Shown here one piece after another: positions 42,479 through 55,915 of a stretch of DNA of 64,000 bases (the first letter of the stretch is position 1; each line of letters begins with the position of its first letter). The notes beneath the pieces are model-generated. The model did not search any database. It had not been told where the DNA came from and saw only the letters and a list, made by a program, of their open reading frames with translations. Location of the stretch: the NCBI RefSeq assembly GCF_009914755.1, contig NC_060946.1; one strand, given 5' to 3'. The translations under genes and the position numbers were made by a program. The stretch comes from the human T2T-CHM13v2.0 reference genome, Homo sapiens.

Positions 42479-44297
42479 ATCCACATGAATGATGATCCAT
42501 TTGGATCACAGCCCCTGCAGTACTTACTTAGAACCATCTTGGGGCAATGGAGAGTCCTATGACCCAGAGGGCCTCCTTAGGGAAGAATGGCTGTTCCATT
42601 TTCCAACCAAAGTAGAAATATGGCGGGCTCTCAGAAACCAGGGAATTTTTACAATGTGTTTCACACTTCTTCCCTTCTCAAAGACATTGACTATAACTTC
42701 CAGTTCGAAGATAAATCTGAGCCATCAAAGGCATTTTTTTCTATTGGTCAGTGGAATGAATGGCAATGGTCCCTGTGGATTGTGCTCCAAGGATCCCTTT
42801 CTGTGGGAAGATTCTTACAATAAAACCAACTAAAAGTAGGAAGTTATTGTTTATATGTAGATCTAGATGAAAGGGGGCTGATCATGAGGAATATAGTATT
42901 GAAGGTGAGTGTGTTGCTATTCTTCACAAAGGGCTATTTTTGCCTAACTCACAAGCATCAATCATTTTTATGAAGGTGTATTTTCCCAGAGTGGTCTTAG
43001 CAAGTTACATCCAACGCTGTATCAGGACCCACAAGCAAGGGTGTCAGAACTGACCTGCCTGAGCGGTCAGCAGGAACCAATGTGGAGACTCTGAGGTCTC
43101 CACACCACCAACCATGTCCAACCTCCAGTCAAGTGACAGGAGGAGTGGAAGCATTGGTTGGGAAGGGCTTGGAGGAGCTGCAGTGACATGCTCAGCCAAG
43201 TACAGGAGCAGGCATATTGGTGTCATGTGACCTCATCTTATCTCAGTTATCTCTTTTCACCAAACTCCAAGGTGCAATGTGTGGAGGCATCTGTCTGTAC
43301 CCATGGACACCTTGGGCTTCACACATTATTTCTATTTCTAATGAACCAGTGTTTTGTTAATGAATTCATTTCATCACATCCTTAGTACTTCTAGGTTGGA
43401 AAAGCAATACATGTCTCTAAGATATTAGGTAGGAAATATTCTCCCGCCACTCGTATTTATTAAAGTTAAAATGCTTCAGTATCTAATGTGACAGTTGTCC
43501 AAATTCAATACCCTTCACCTTGTTAGAAATGGAATCCTGATCCTAACTTGTCTGGAGAGGAGGCTGGCATGAGGAGCATGACCACACATCTGGATGTCCC
43601 CAGTGTCACTGCTAACACACGCTCTTTTGTTACTTGCCGTGAAGGGAGCAGAGGGAGCATCCACACCTTTGTCCAAAGGACTTGGAGGACAGTGCACCTG
43701 ATTAAAAAATGCAGGGCTGTGATAAGTGGGTTCCGGGTCCTGGATGAGGGAAGAGAAGATGAGGAGGCATGGGGTAGGAGGCAGGGCAGGGAGGAGCTGT
43801 AAGGTCAGGCTCTGAGTATGGGTGAAATCCTGACTCCACTCACTACTCTCTGGGAGGATTTGATAAATCTTGTAACCTCCTGATGTTGGTTCTCCCATCA
43901 ATAAACTAAAGGAGAGGTCGTGTCTTAAGCGTATGCTTGCTGTGGGGCTACTGTGAATGTGTGGTTGAGGTGGTGCCTGCAAAACACTCTCCAAAGGGCC
44001 TGGCACGTATTAATGTCTCAAAGGAGTCATTCTGCTTAAGCTCGTGGAGGATGACTTTCCTCCTGTGTGCACTAGAGGGCCTTGTTTTGAGGACCCCAGT
44101 GACTTCCCTGGTAGGGCTCAAGCACAAAGGGCATGACTGATGCTTCCTCTGAGGCCCCTTCTATTGGGTAAAATTCATGCTCCACTCATGACACCCACCT
44201 GGCCCTTCTTCTGACCTTGAGAAATTGCCAATATGAAGCCCTCAGACTCAGAGCTCAGACAGTACCTCAGACAGACATGCTGTAAAGTGGAGAGCAG

Positions 44298-44305
44298 ATT
44301 TGCAT
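44298..44305 (+). promoter_or_regulatory. Ig octamer (IGLV4-3 promoter)
   Basis: ATTTGCAT; GATAAGA at 44340. Confidence 0.9.
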
Positions 44306-44413
44306 TCAAAGCTCCTCCCTTCTTGAGCTTCAAGAAGAGGATAAGACAGGAGCTCATAGTGTCCAGGTTCCACTGGGCAGTCTCGAATAGAGCTCTTGGA
44401 AGTCCCTCCAACC

Positions 44414-44910
44414 ATGGCCTGGGTCTCCTTCTACCTACTGCCCTTCATTTTCTCCACAGGTCAGAACATCCCAGGGAATTCAGGGAAATGTTTTCACTGC
44501 TATTTTCCCATGAGCACCAGTCCTCAGGGGCATTCTTTCCAGTTCTTCTGTGCATTCAGCATCATTCATGACATTCTGTTTACAGGTCTCTGTGCTCTGC
44601 CTGTGCTGACTCAGCCCCCGTCTGCATCTGCCTTGCTGGGAGCCTCGATCAAGCTCACCTGCACCCTAAGCAGTGAGCACAGCACCTACACCATCGAATG
44701 GTATCAACAGAGACCAGGGAGGTCCCCCCAGTATATAATGAAGGTTAAGAGTGATGGCAGCCACAGCAAGGGGGACGGGATCCCCGATCGCTTCATGGGC
44801 TCCAGTTCTGGGGCTGACCGCTACCTCACCTTCTCCAACCTCCAGTCTGACGATGAGGCTGAGTATCACTGTGGAGAGAGCCACACGATTGATGGCCAAG
44901 TCGGTTGAGC
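44414..44910 (+). CDS. IGLV4-3: Immunoglobulin lambda variable 4-3, germline (exons 44414-44459 and 44586-44910)
   Basis: [122 protein letters not shown]; GT-AG intron; conserved Cys, Trp, Cys. Confidence 0.97.
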
Positions 44911-44949
44911 CACAGTGACACAGATGAAGGGGAAGTGAGGCCAAAACCT
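44911..44949 (+). other. RSS of IGLV4-3
   Basis: CACAGTG, 22-23 nt spacer, (G)CCAAAACC(T). Confidence 0.9.
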
Positions 44950-45882
44950 CCCACCTCCCCTTTCTCCTCAGGGACTCAGAGTCAACAGCCCTGGGTTCCT
45001 CTCCAGTACCCTGAGACCTCTGACTCTCCTCCCTCCAAGACACCCCTAGGCAGAAGCAGATGCAGGCCATGACTGAGGCCATTTTGAAAACTCATCTTTC
45101 TGTTTCCTCCACAACAGCCTGTGGGGACCATGCTGGGAGAGACCAGAGCAGCCCAGGCAGGAAAAGGACCTTGAGAGAGTGGCTAGGATGAGATGACCGT
45201 GTCCCAGTGTCTCATTGTGCCCTGTGCTCTATTACCAGGCTCTGCCCCAGGAAAGGACATGGATCTTGACCTGTCAGCCATCATTTATGAGAGTTCAATT
45301 TTTACATTTTTTAAAATATAAAAACTACAATCTCCAAGATGCTAGGAGCAATTTCACTGAGTCTCATCATGGAATTCTGACCTCCCCCAGCATGTCCCCT
45401 GTTCCTACAATCTCCTGTTCAAGACCAACTCAACTCCATTACCCAGACCAGCTGCTGGATGATCAAGACAGGGCTGTGAGAGCCTAAGAATCTTTAAGGT
45501 CCACGATGAGAACACGTCAAGAAGGATTTATGTTGGAACTTCCTTCCCCATGGATATTCACATCAACAGAGAAGATATCTGAGTTCTTGCCTACACCTAT
45601 GAATACCTAAGACATGAAGTGTGTGTGTGCATATGGTGTGGGCAGCACTTCCTCACTCAACACCAGAGAGTGTCTGAGGACACTGGGTACAGACATGGAG
45701 ACAGGGCATATTTTTATACACTCAATTAAGCCCTCGTCCTTCTCTGCTCACCAAGGAGCCACCCAACAAGGCCACAGCAGGAAGAGAAGTTGATTTCCAT
45801 GAAGAGCCTTCCCTTTCTAAGAGTCCTGGAAACCCACTGTCTAGTTGTGGAATCAGAGGCAGAGCTCTGGGGCATCTCCACC

Positions 45883-46406
45883 ATGGCCTGGACCCTCCCC
45901 TGCTCACCCTCCCGACTCTCTGCATAGGTGCTTCCTCCCAGGGAATAAGCCCCATGGAACCAGGGGTCAGCCTGGCCCTGACCTTGAGCTCAGTGCAGGG
46001 AGTGATGCAGGGTGTGGGGCTATGGGAATGAGACCCTAATTCTCAGTCTCACGTCTCCTGTCTCCTCTTGCAGGCTGTGTGGCCTCCTCTGAGCTGACTC
46101 AGCTGCCTGCAGTGTCTGTGGCTTTGGGACGTACGGCCAGGATCATCTGCCAGGGAGATAGCATAGGTGACTCTGATACAAACTCGTACCAGCAGAAGCC
46201 AGGTCAGGTCCCTGTGCTGGTAATTTATGGTGACAGCAACCAGCCCTCAGTGATTCCTGAGCAATTTTCTGACTGCATATCAGAGGACATGGCCACCTTG
46301 ATTATTAATGGGGCACAGGATGGAAACAAGGCTATTACTGTCGCTCGGAACAGCACTGCTTCTCATCTCACAGTGACACAGCATACAGTGAAGTGAGATG
46401 CAAACC
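45883..46406 (+). pseudogene. IGLV3-2: IGLV3 pseudogene
   Basis: 45-nt leader (frameshift); V exon from 46074; conserved Trp changed to Ser; frameshift at DYYC. RSS CACAGTG 46369-46375, 22 nt, ATGCAAACC. Name from gene order. Confidence 0.88.
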
Positions 46407-46900
46407 CCTTCCCATCTATGTCATTCTCTCCCTTCAACCCCAAGAGGACTGTGGTCACAGCCATCAGCAGGTCTGGCCCAGTTCATTCAGATTTGAGACC
46501 CCCAGGCTGCCCTTCCCTCCAGTCCTCCAGGCAGGTTCATTAGATGGTAAATCAGGGGTGGATACACAACTATTAAATATCATCATGTTCCAATTTTTCA
46601 TGAAGTAGAGGAATGATTGAACATGTTAAGTAGAAGCACAGAATAACCAAAAAAGGACTAATTGAGCTTGTGTACAGCTAATAATTGCAATGTCTGTCAC
46701 TTTAAAAACATACTGGATGTGATTAACAACAGATTAGATTATGTAAAACAAAAGATTAGCAAACTTGATCATGTAGCACTAGAAAATATTCAAAATGCAG
46801 CACATAAAGAAAAAACAATGACAAAAATGAAAAAGCATTATCGGATATTCATAAAGAAAATGAAGGTGAGTTATAGGACAACTTCAAACAGCCTGAGGTT

Positions 46901-47473
<573 letters not shown>

Positions 47474-48173
47474 TAAAAAAAAATTTTTTTTAATACAACA
47501 ACCTAAGTATGTATAATTGACATCCATGGAATGTAAAAGGTATGGGTGGGTAGAAAAGAATATTTGAATAAATAATAGTCAAATGTGCTCCACATTTGGT
47601 AAAAACCAAAAACTGGTATATCCAAGAAGTTCAACAAAACTGAAGCACAGGAATCATGAAGCAAATGACTCCAAATGACATAATAGTCAAATTAGTAAAA
47701 TCTGGTGATGAAGAGCCACTTAAAAGTATGATTCTAAGAGTACATTTCTCATTAGAAGCAATGTAAGCAAGAAGACAGTGGAGCAATAATTTTAAAATAC
47801 TGAAAGAAAACAGCTGTCAACCTTAAATTCTTTATCCAACAATAATAACTTTCAAAAGTGGAGGATAAATATAATGTTTTCAGACATATAAAAACTTACA
47901 GAATTGATTACTATCACTCTTGTCATTAGAAATGACAAAAGACACCCCTAGACAGGGGGAAAATCATACCAAATTGAAATATGAATTCACACAAATATCA
48001 GATAATGCAACTCCATTTGAATATATAATCACATTTGAAGACAGATTTTAATAAGTGATATATGTATCACAAAGCCTAAAGTAAACATTAAACTTTTTTA
48101 TAAAAGAATTATGACTAGTAAGCTGTATTAGGATTCTCCACAGAAACAACATAAATCAGATATGCATGTATGT

Positions 48174-48470
48174 TATACGTGTGTGTATATATATACATAT
48201 GTGTATAGTATATATATGTGTGTATATATATACATGTGTATAGTATACATATGTGTGTATATATACATATGTGTATAGTATATATATGTGTATATATACA
48301 TATGTGTATAGTATATACATGTGTGTATATATACATATGTGTATAGTATATACATGTGTGTATATATACATATGTGTATAGTATATATATGTGTGTATAT
48401 ATACATATGTGTATAGTATATATATGTGTGTATATATACATATGTGTATAGTATATATATGTGTGTATAT
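48174..48470. repeat. 35-bp TA/TG minisatellite, about 8.5 copies
   Basis: TATAG ends at 48208, 48243, 48278, 48311, 48346, 48381, 48416 and 48451. Confidence 0.93.
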
Positions 48471-48995
48471 GGTGAGAGAAAAAGAACAAGAGAGAAACTA
48501 ATTTTGAGGAATTGGATCATATATTTGTGGTAGCTGACAAGGATGAAATATGTTGGTCAGGCTGAAGGCTGGAAATTCAAGTAAGAGTTGATGTTGCAGT
48601 CCTGCATCCAAATTTAGCAAGGCAGCACTTCAGGAAACCTCCACATTTGTTCTAAAAACATTCAGCTCACTAAAGAGTCCCACCCACATTGTGAAGAGAA
48701 ATCTGCTTATACAAAGTTTACTAATTAAAATGTTCATCACATCTGAAAGTTATCTTCATGTCAACTCCTATACTGGTATTTGATAAAATCAATCTGGTGC
48801 ATAGCCTACCCAATCTAACACTTAAAATTAACTATCACTTAACCCAGCAAGGAAATAAAAAGATAATTTAAAAAATCAATCAAAAAAGGAGACAGCAAAA
48901 GGGAAAGAAAACTAACGAACATATGGGACAAATATAAAATAAAGAGCAAGAAGATCCTTCCAGCTCAGCCTACTGAGTTTCTGGGACTACAGGAA

Positions 48996-50430
<1,435 letters not shown>

Positions 50431-53400
50431 GAAAAGAAAATGTCTCTAGACAGCTTGGTTCCTGAGCTGGGAATCAACCGTCTTTTCTCTCCCTTTCAAC
50501 CCAGAGTGTGGCAGGCGCGCCCCCTACAGGCAGCTAAAAGAGCTGACTGAGATGCCGTCTCCATAGGGAGGGATTTGGGCTGAGAATTTGGGCTGAGGAT
50601 TTTCCCATGCCCTCCCTGGCAGGCTGGTCCCAGGACACTCAGAAGACTTACTGTTACAGGTCCAGAGCATTTCTCGTCTTCCTTTTCTCTCTCCTTGCCA
50701 AGTGACCTTGGAATTGTTCCTCCCCATCTCAGCCCCTTCCCTTTTGTGTTAAGTGCAGTTTGCAGATTTTGTGTTCCTAGGTCCTGTATCTGTAGAATTT
50801 TAGGGAAAGCAGTGCTGGTCACCCACATGGAATTCAAGACAGCGAGCCCAGGACCAGAAACACAGACAGCAGTGGGGGTCCCCACAGAGCAGCATGGTGG
50901 GCACCAGGTGGAGGTAAGAAACCAGGAACCACTCCCCTGAGTGTCTTCAGCCCCAGGTGAACTAGGGAGGGGTCAGTGGGCTGGGCTCAACCCACCGGGG
51001 ACTCTCCTGTCACTGCCCCAGCAGCACCATCCTGGAAGCCCCTATATGTGCTAAGCAGCTGCCAAAGAACTTGATTAATTACCTGTAAATTTCCCTTCAC
51101 CACACCTGACCACACATGACTCCTGCCCCCAAATTACTAATTTATTAAAATGGCACAATTAGCCGAAATGGCCTGAATCCAGGACCCCTTTCAGGTTTGC
51201 CGCTGACCTCCCAGGTCCTCACACATGCCAGACTCTTTCCACAGGGGCCTGACTCCACTGTTTCCAACACAAATCCCAGGACTCATTTTTCTCTATCAGT
51301 CCTGACAGCAGTTCCAGAGACACTTCCCCATTAAGATGTCCCCAGGCTCTTATAATACAACCTGTCTGTTATTTTCTGCCTAAATCTTTTTAATTATCCC
51401 CATAGCATTTACAACTGTAGGAATCTTTGCCTATTGTTAATTTTATTAATTGATTGGTGTTAAATATTTACTTAATTGGTCATGGATGCTTTTTTACCAC
51501 AGAATCACACATAAAAAACAGACACAAACAGCTAAGGGTGTATTTCTCGCTGCAATAATACCCACCACTTTCACGAAGACACCAGGGTCTTTCTCACTTT
51601 TTGTCCCACCATCCCTATGATATTGGCTTTATTTTCATCCCTGCTGATGTGTGACCTCAGGGTGGCTGCTGCAGCTCCAGCTATCACTCCCATATTCAAG
51701 GAGAAAAGGGCCTCATGAATCTAGTGCTCTTTCACAAGAGCAAAGCTTTCCTAAGAAGAATTTCACCCACTGATCTCACACCCCACTGATCAGGCCTGAG
51801 TCACATGGTCAATCCCAGCTGAGCAGGACCTGGGAATCACAGGCACCAGTCTTTTCGGTGAATATAGAAGACAGTGCTCAGGTGGAAGGTGACAGGGACT
51901 GTCTGCTGGGTCTGCAAACCCAGTTTTCCCGCACAGCCAAACCAGCACGATGAACAACTCACTTCAAGAAGGCTGTGTCTTGTTCCTGCTGAATTCACCG
52001 CATGGAACGTGTCCCAGACCACAGTGGGTCTGGATTAACATTTGATGGGTGGATGTTCTTCTGTCTCTGACTTTGGTGCAGGAGTCACCACTGTACGCTG
52101 GTCCTGCATCCACAGCGGGGACCAGTAAGAGCCAGTCCCTGAGTCCTGTGATCCCCGCCCTGCATGCCAAGCCCTGGTATTACCCCCATGACCACCCACC
52201 GCCCAGACACATGTGCAGGCAGCCTCAGATGGACCTTCCTCCTCCTCTTCCAAATATTCATGTTCATATTGTCATGAGTAATCTGCACCCCTCGCACCTG
52301 GTATTGAGGCAGGCATGAGTCACAAAGAGAAGAGAAAAATTTCCTCCATTGGCACCAGCAGTCTGCAGACCAGGGAATCAGGGACCTGAACAGAAGATTT
52401 TAATTATACACCCGGATCCAGGAGGCCCTTGAGCCTCCAGCAGCCAGTATGGAGCAGCCACCAGGGGACAGAACAGAGTCACCTGGCAAAGTCACTTGGA
52501 GGTAGGGTAGACCTGGGTGACAAGGAGATGCTGACATGCAGGGAGGGTCAGTGACCACAACCTGAGATCTAGAAAGGTGTCGTTTTTCTACAGCATCATC
52601 CTTAACATCGAGTACAAATTCTCCAGGCTTTGTGTTTCTCAGCTTTGTCTCTGGCCAATGTTGCATATTTGACACAGGTGCAGACACTTTGCTTCCCCCT
52701 ACACACTGGCCCACTCTTCTGTGCTAAAACGCTGTCATTGCCACAAACGCCATCCTCCCCTGTGGGCACATGTGTTTCATCACCCTCCTGTTTGCTCTGA
52801 GAGCCCCCTCATTCTGCTACACAGCAAAGTTTTCTTTCAGCATCTAAGCTGTACCTGACCATGACCACATACTGGGGGTACATAGGCACAGCACCTGTGC
52901 CCTACCCTAGGAGCTCACAGCCAAGGCCAGGAACTTACAGCATCTCCTGAGTCTTTCAACACTCCGTGTGCACATGACAAGGGTGAAGTTTGATTGTGGA
53001 AAGCACCACTCAGAAGCAATGGCAGGTCCCTGCATGTGTGCCAGCCTTACGGTGTCACCTGTAGAGTGGGGTCATGAGGGTCACTGCACTGGGTTGAAAA
53101 GTGCCCTCCAGAGGGGGAGCTAGAACCACACCTAACTTCTGGATTTTGCCACAAAATATTTAGGGACAGGACACCCCTGGAGTCCTCAATTACCCAAGTT
53201 ATTCTGAGCCAGTATTCAACAGAGGAAGTACCTTAGATCTCAGAATAATCCCTCAGTCGCCATTGTAAGTCAGTCCCTGGCCATCTCCACGCAGGACAAG
53301 GAATGGCCACATGGGCAGGACATCATACTACCTGGAAAACGCACAAAGAATTCCTCTCAGAGTTCTGCATGGCCAGATCAGCTCAGGAGTGAGGCCATAA

Positions 53401-53566
53401 CACAACCTACAGTGACGATGTCAACCCAGATGATGGGACCAGAAGGAGAATGAGAATTCTGTGTGCTGAGGGTGGGTCTTTAGGGGCCCCCTCTCTCTCT
53501 GTCCCTTGGGGCTGAGCCCTTCTCTGGAAACCACACAGCTCCTCCTGCAGCAGCCCCTGACTGCTG

Positions 53567-53574
53567 ATTTGCAT
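53567..53574 (+). promoter_or_regulatory. Ig octamer (IGLV3-1 promoter)
   Basis: ATTTGCAT; GATAAGA at 53600. Confidence 0.92.
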
Positions 53575-53667
53575 CACGGGCCGCTCTTTCCAGCAAGGGG
53601 ATAAGAGAGGCCTGGAAGAACCTGCCCAGCCTGGGCCTCAGGAAGCAGCATCGGAGGTGCCTCAGCC

Positions 53668-54302
53668 ATGGCATGGATCCCTCTCTTCCTCGGCGTCCTT
53701 GCTTACTGCACAGGTGCTGCCCCTAGGGTCCTAGCCACTGGTCCAGTCCCAGGGCTCTGGGTCCAGCCTGGCCCTGACTCTGAGCTCAGCAGGGCCCCCG
53801 CCTGTGGTGGGCAGGATGCTCATGACCCTGCTGCAGGTGGATGGGCTCGGCGGGGCTGAAATCCCCCCACACAGTGCTCATGTGCTCACACTGCCTTAGG
53901 GCTCTTTCATCCCTGGATCTGTGTCCAGGCCAGGCACGTGGGAAGATTTACTTGGAGTTCAGCTCCTCAGTTTCAAGCCTTTTCTCTCCCGTTTTCTCTC
54001 CTGTAGGATCCGTGGCCTCCTATGAGCTGACTCAGCCACCCTCAGTGTCCGTGTCCCCAGGACAGACAGCCAGCATCACCTGCTCTGGAGATAAATTGGG
54101 GGATAAATATGCTTGCTGGTATCAGCAGAAGCCAGGCCAGTCCCCTGTGCTGGTCATCTATCAAGATAGCAAGCGGCCCTCAGGGATCCCTGAGCGATTC
54201 TCTGGCTCCAACTCTGGGAACACAGCCACTCTGACCATCAGCGGGACCCAGGCTATGGATGAGGCTGACTATTACTGTCAGGCGTGGGACAGCAGCACTG
54301 CA
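53668..54302 (+). CDS. IGLV3-1: Immunoglobulin lambda variable 3-1, germline (exons 53668-53713 and 54007-54302)
   Basis: [114 protein letters not shown]. Confidence 0.98.
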
Positions 54303-54341
54303 CACAGTGACACAGGCAGATGCGGAAGTGAGACAGAAACC
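54303..54341 (+). other. 23-RSS of IGLV3-1
   Basis: CACAGTG, 23 nt, ACAGAAACC. Confidence 0.97.
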
Positions 54342-55356
54342 AGCCACCTCGGCCTGGCTCACAAGACCCTTCCCTCTCTCCTGCCCTGTCACACTGAGCA
54401 GGAGGGAGCCTTCCATGTGGAATGGAAGTTTCCAGTCCTATCCCTGCCCTTATGTTCCTGAGAGACGGGAGCAAGTTCCTGCCCACCTCTAGGCTCAGCT
54501 TATCCCAGAATAAACTGAGCTAGTCATTTTGATGATCAAATGCCAGCTCCCAAAAGACCCCAGAAACCCTGATATCTAAGTAGCACCAACTCTATTGGTA
54601 TCAAGGGAGACTAGCCCTAGGGTGAAATCATTTTAGTGTCTCAGGAGGCACAGGGCAATGGAAAGTGTTTATGAGGTTTCAGGATATGCACGTGAGCAGT
54701 TAAAGGCAGGTCTTACAAGGAAGGAACCTACTAGAATTGGGGCCCATCTGTGACATCATAGCACAGCCTGGTGGACACAGAGAAGGGAAGGTCCTGAATC
54801 AAGTCTTGATCAGTAAATATTTATTGGATAAGTGAGCAATTTACATAGGTGAGAACTGTGTGCTCTCTTGAGCAGAACACTTACCTGGATAATTGGTTTT
54901 CAGGAATTCCCTGAAGCAATGAGTGACATTCTTTATTGTTTTCACCCTCATCCACCTGGGAAAGAGTATCCTGGAACCAGCAGTTAACATTGACACAGCT
55001 GGTCTCGGTCCTCAGCACAAACATTCATTGCAGGCTGAAAAGTGACAACGGAAGAGAAAGGAGTTTATTAATTCCCTAGACACAAACAAATCCATAAGCA
55101 GAGATGAGAGATGCGGGCTCAGCTGGCCCAGTCCCACAGGGGTCATTCCTCTTGTGATGGAAATGACCACATGAGGGTCCCCCAAGCGGTGTTGGGGGGC
55201 AGTCATGGGGAACTGGCCTCCCAGGACTACCTGCTGCTTGGGCTGGGCAGAGGTTAGAGGGATGGAAGTCTGGTCCAGTCCTTCCCAGCAGCATCTCCAG
55301 GCTCCTCCTCCCTCTACTGGGGCTTCCCCTCCACTCCCCAGAACCATCATTGCTTC

Positions 55357-55620
55357 CTCATCTCCTGTCTCCTCCCTGCCCCAAGGCCCTCCCTGTGCTC
55401 ACCCTGGCTCCTCCCCCTGCTCCATGCCCAGCCTCTGCAGAGCAGCCCAGGCCCAGAGACTTGGGCAGAAGCTTCCGTCCCACCAGCTGCAGACCCTTCC
55501 CTACAGAACCAGGCCAGTCCCTGTGTCTCGTATTTGTAGAGATCCCAATCACCCTCAGAGATGATGGGTGGGAAACCAGCCCACAGTGACCTAGGCTGTT
55601 GGGCATATGGCCTTCAAGCT
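55357..55620 (+). pseudogene. Candidate decayed IGLV relic with RSS
   Basis: Acceptor-like tract, ALPVLT, FR2/CDR2-like DNA, CACAGTG at 55582 with a V-lambda-like spacer (see findings). Confidence 0.55.
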
Positions 55621-55814
55621 GGCCTTCAAGCCCACTTGGCTGCATCTCCTTGGCCAACTCCAACATCCGGGCTGGGAGTCTGGAATCCTAGTTCCCCTGT
55701 CCCATTCACTCCCACTAAGGTTGCTTCTAAACTCCCTGGGCCTCAGCTTCCTAGTCTTCCCACTGGAAGCAGCGACAGGCATTTTCCAGGGCTGCGGTAA
55801 GGGCCCTGGAACAC

Positions 55815-55915
55815 CCTCTCTCGCCCTCTCTCTCCCTCTCTCTCCCTCTTTCTCTCTCTCTCCCTCTCTCTCTCCCCCTCCCCCTCCCCCTCCCTCTCTC
55901 TCTCTCTCTCTCTGC
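55815..55915. repeat. CT-rich polypyrimidine tract
   Basis: (CT)n flanking CCCCCT repeats. Confidence 0.9.

Noticed and set aside
48115-48520. Repetitive Tyr/Ile/His/Thr ORFs with an array-like look
   Set aside because: Minisatellite translation. There are no unique spacers, so it is not CRISPR-like.
53841-54461. 206-aa ORF spanning IGLV3-1
   Set aside because: Intron and RSS read-through of the V exon; the real gene is spliced from the leader at 53668.
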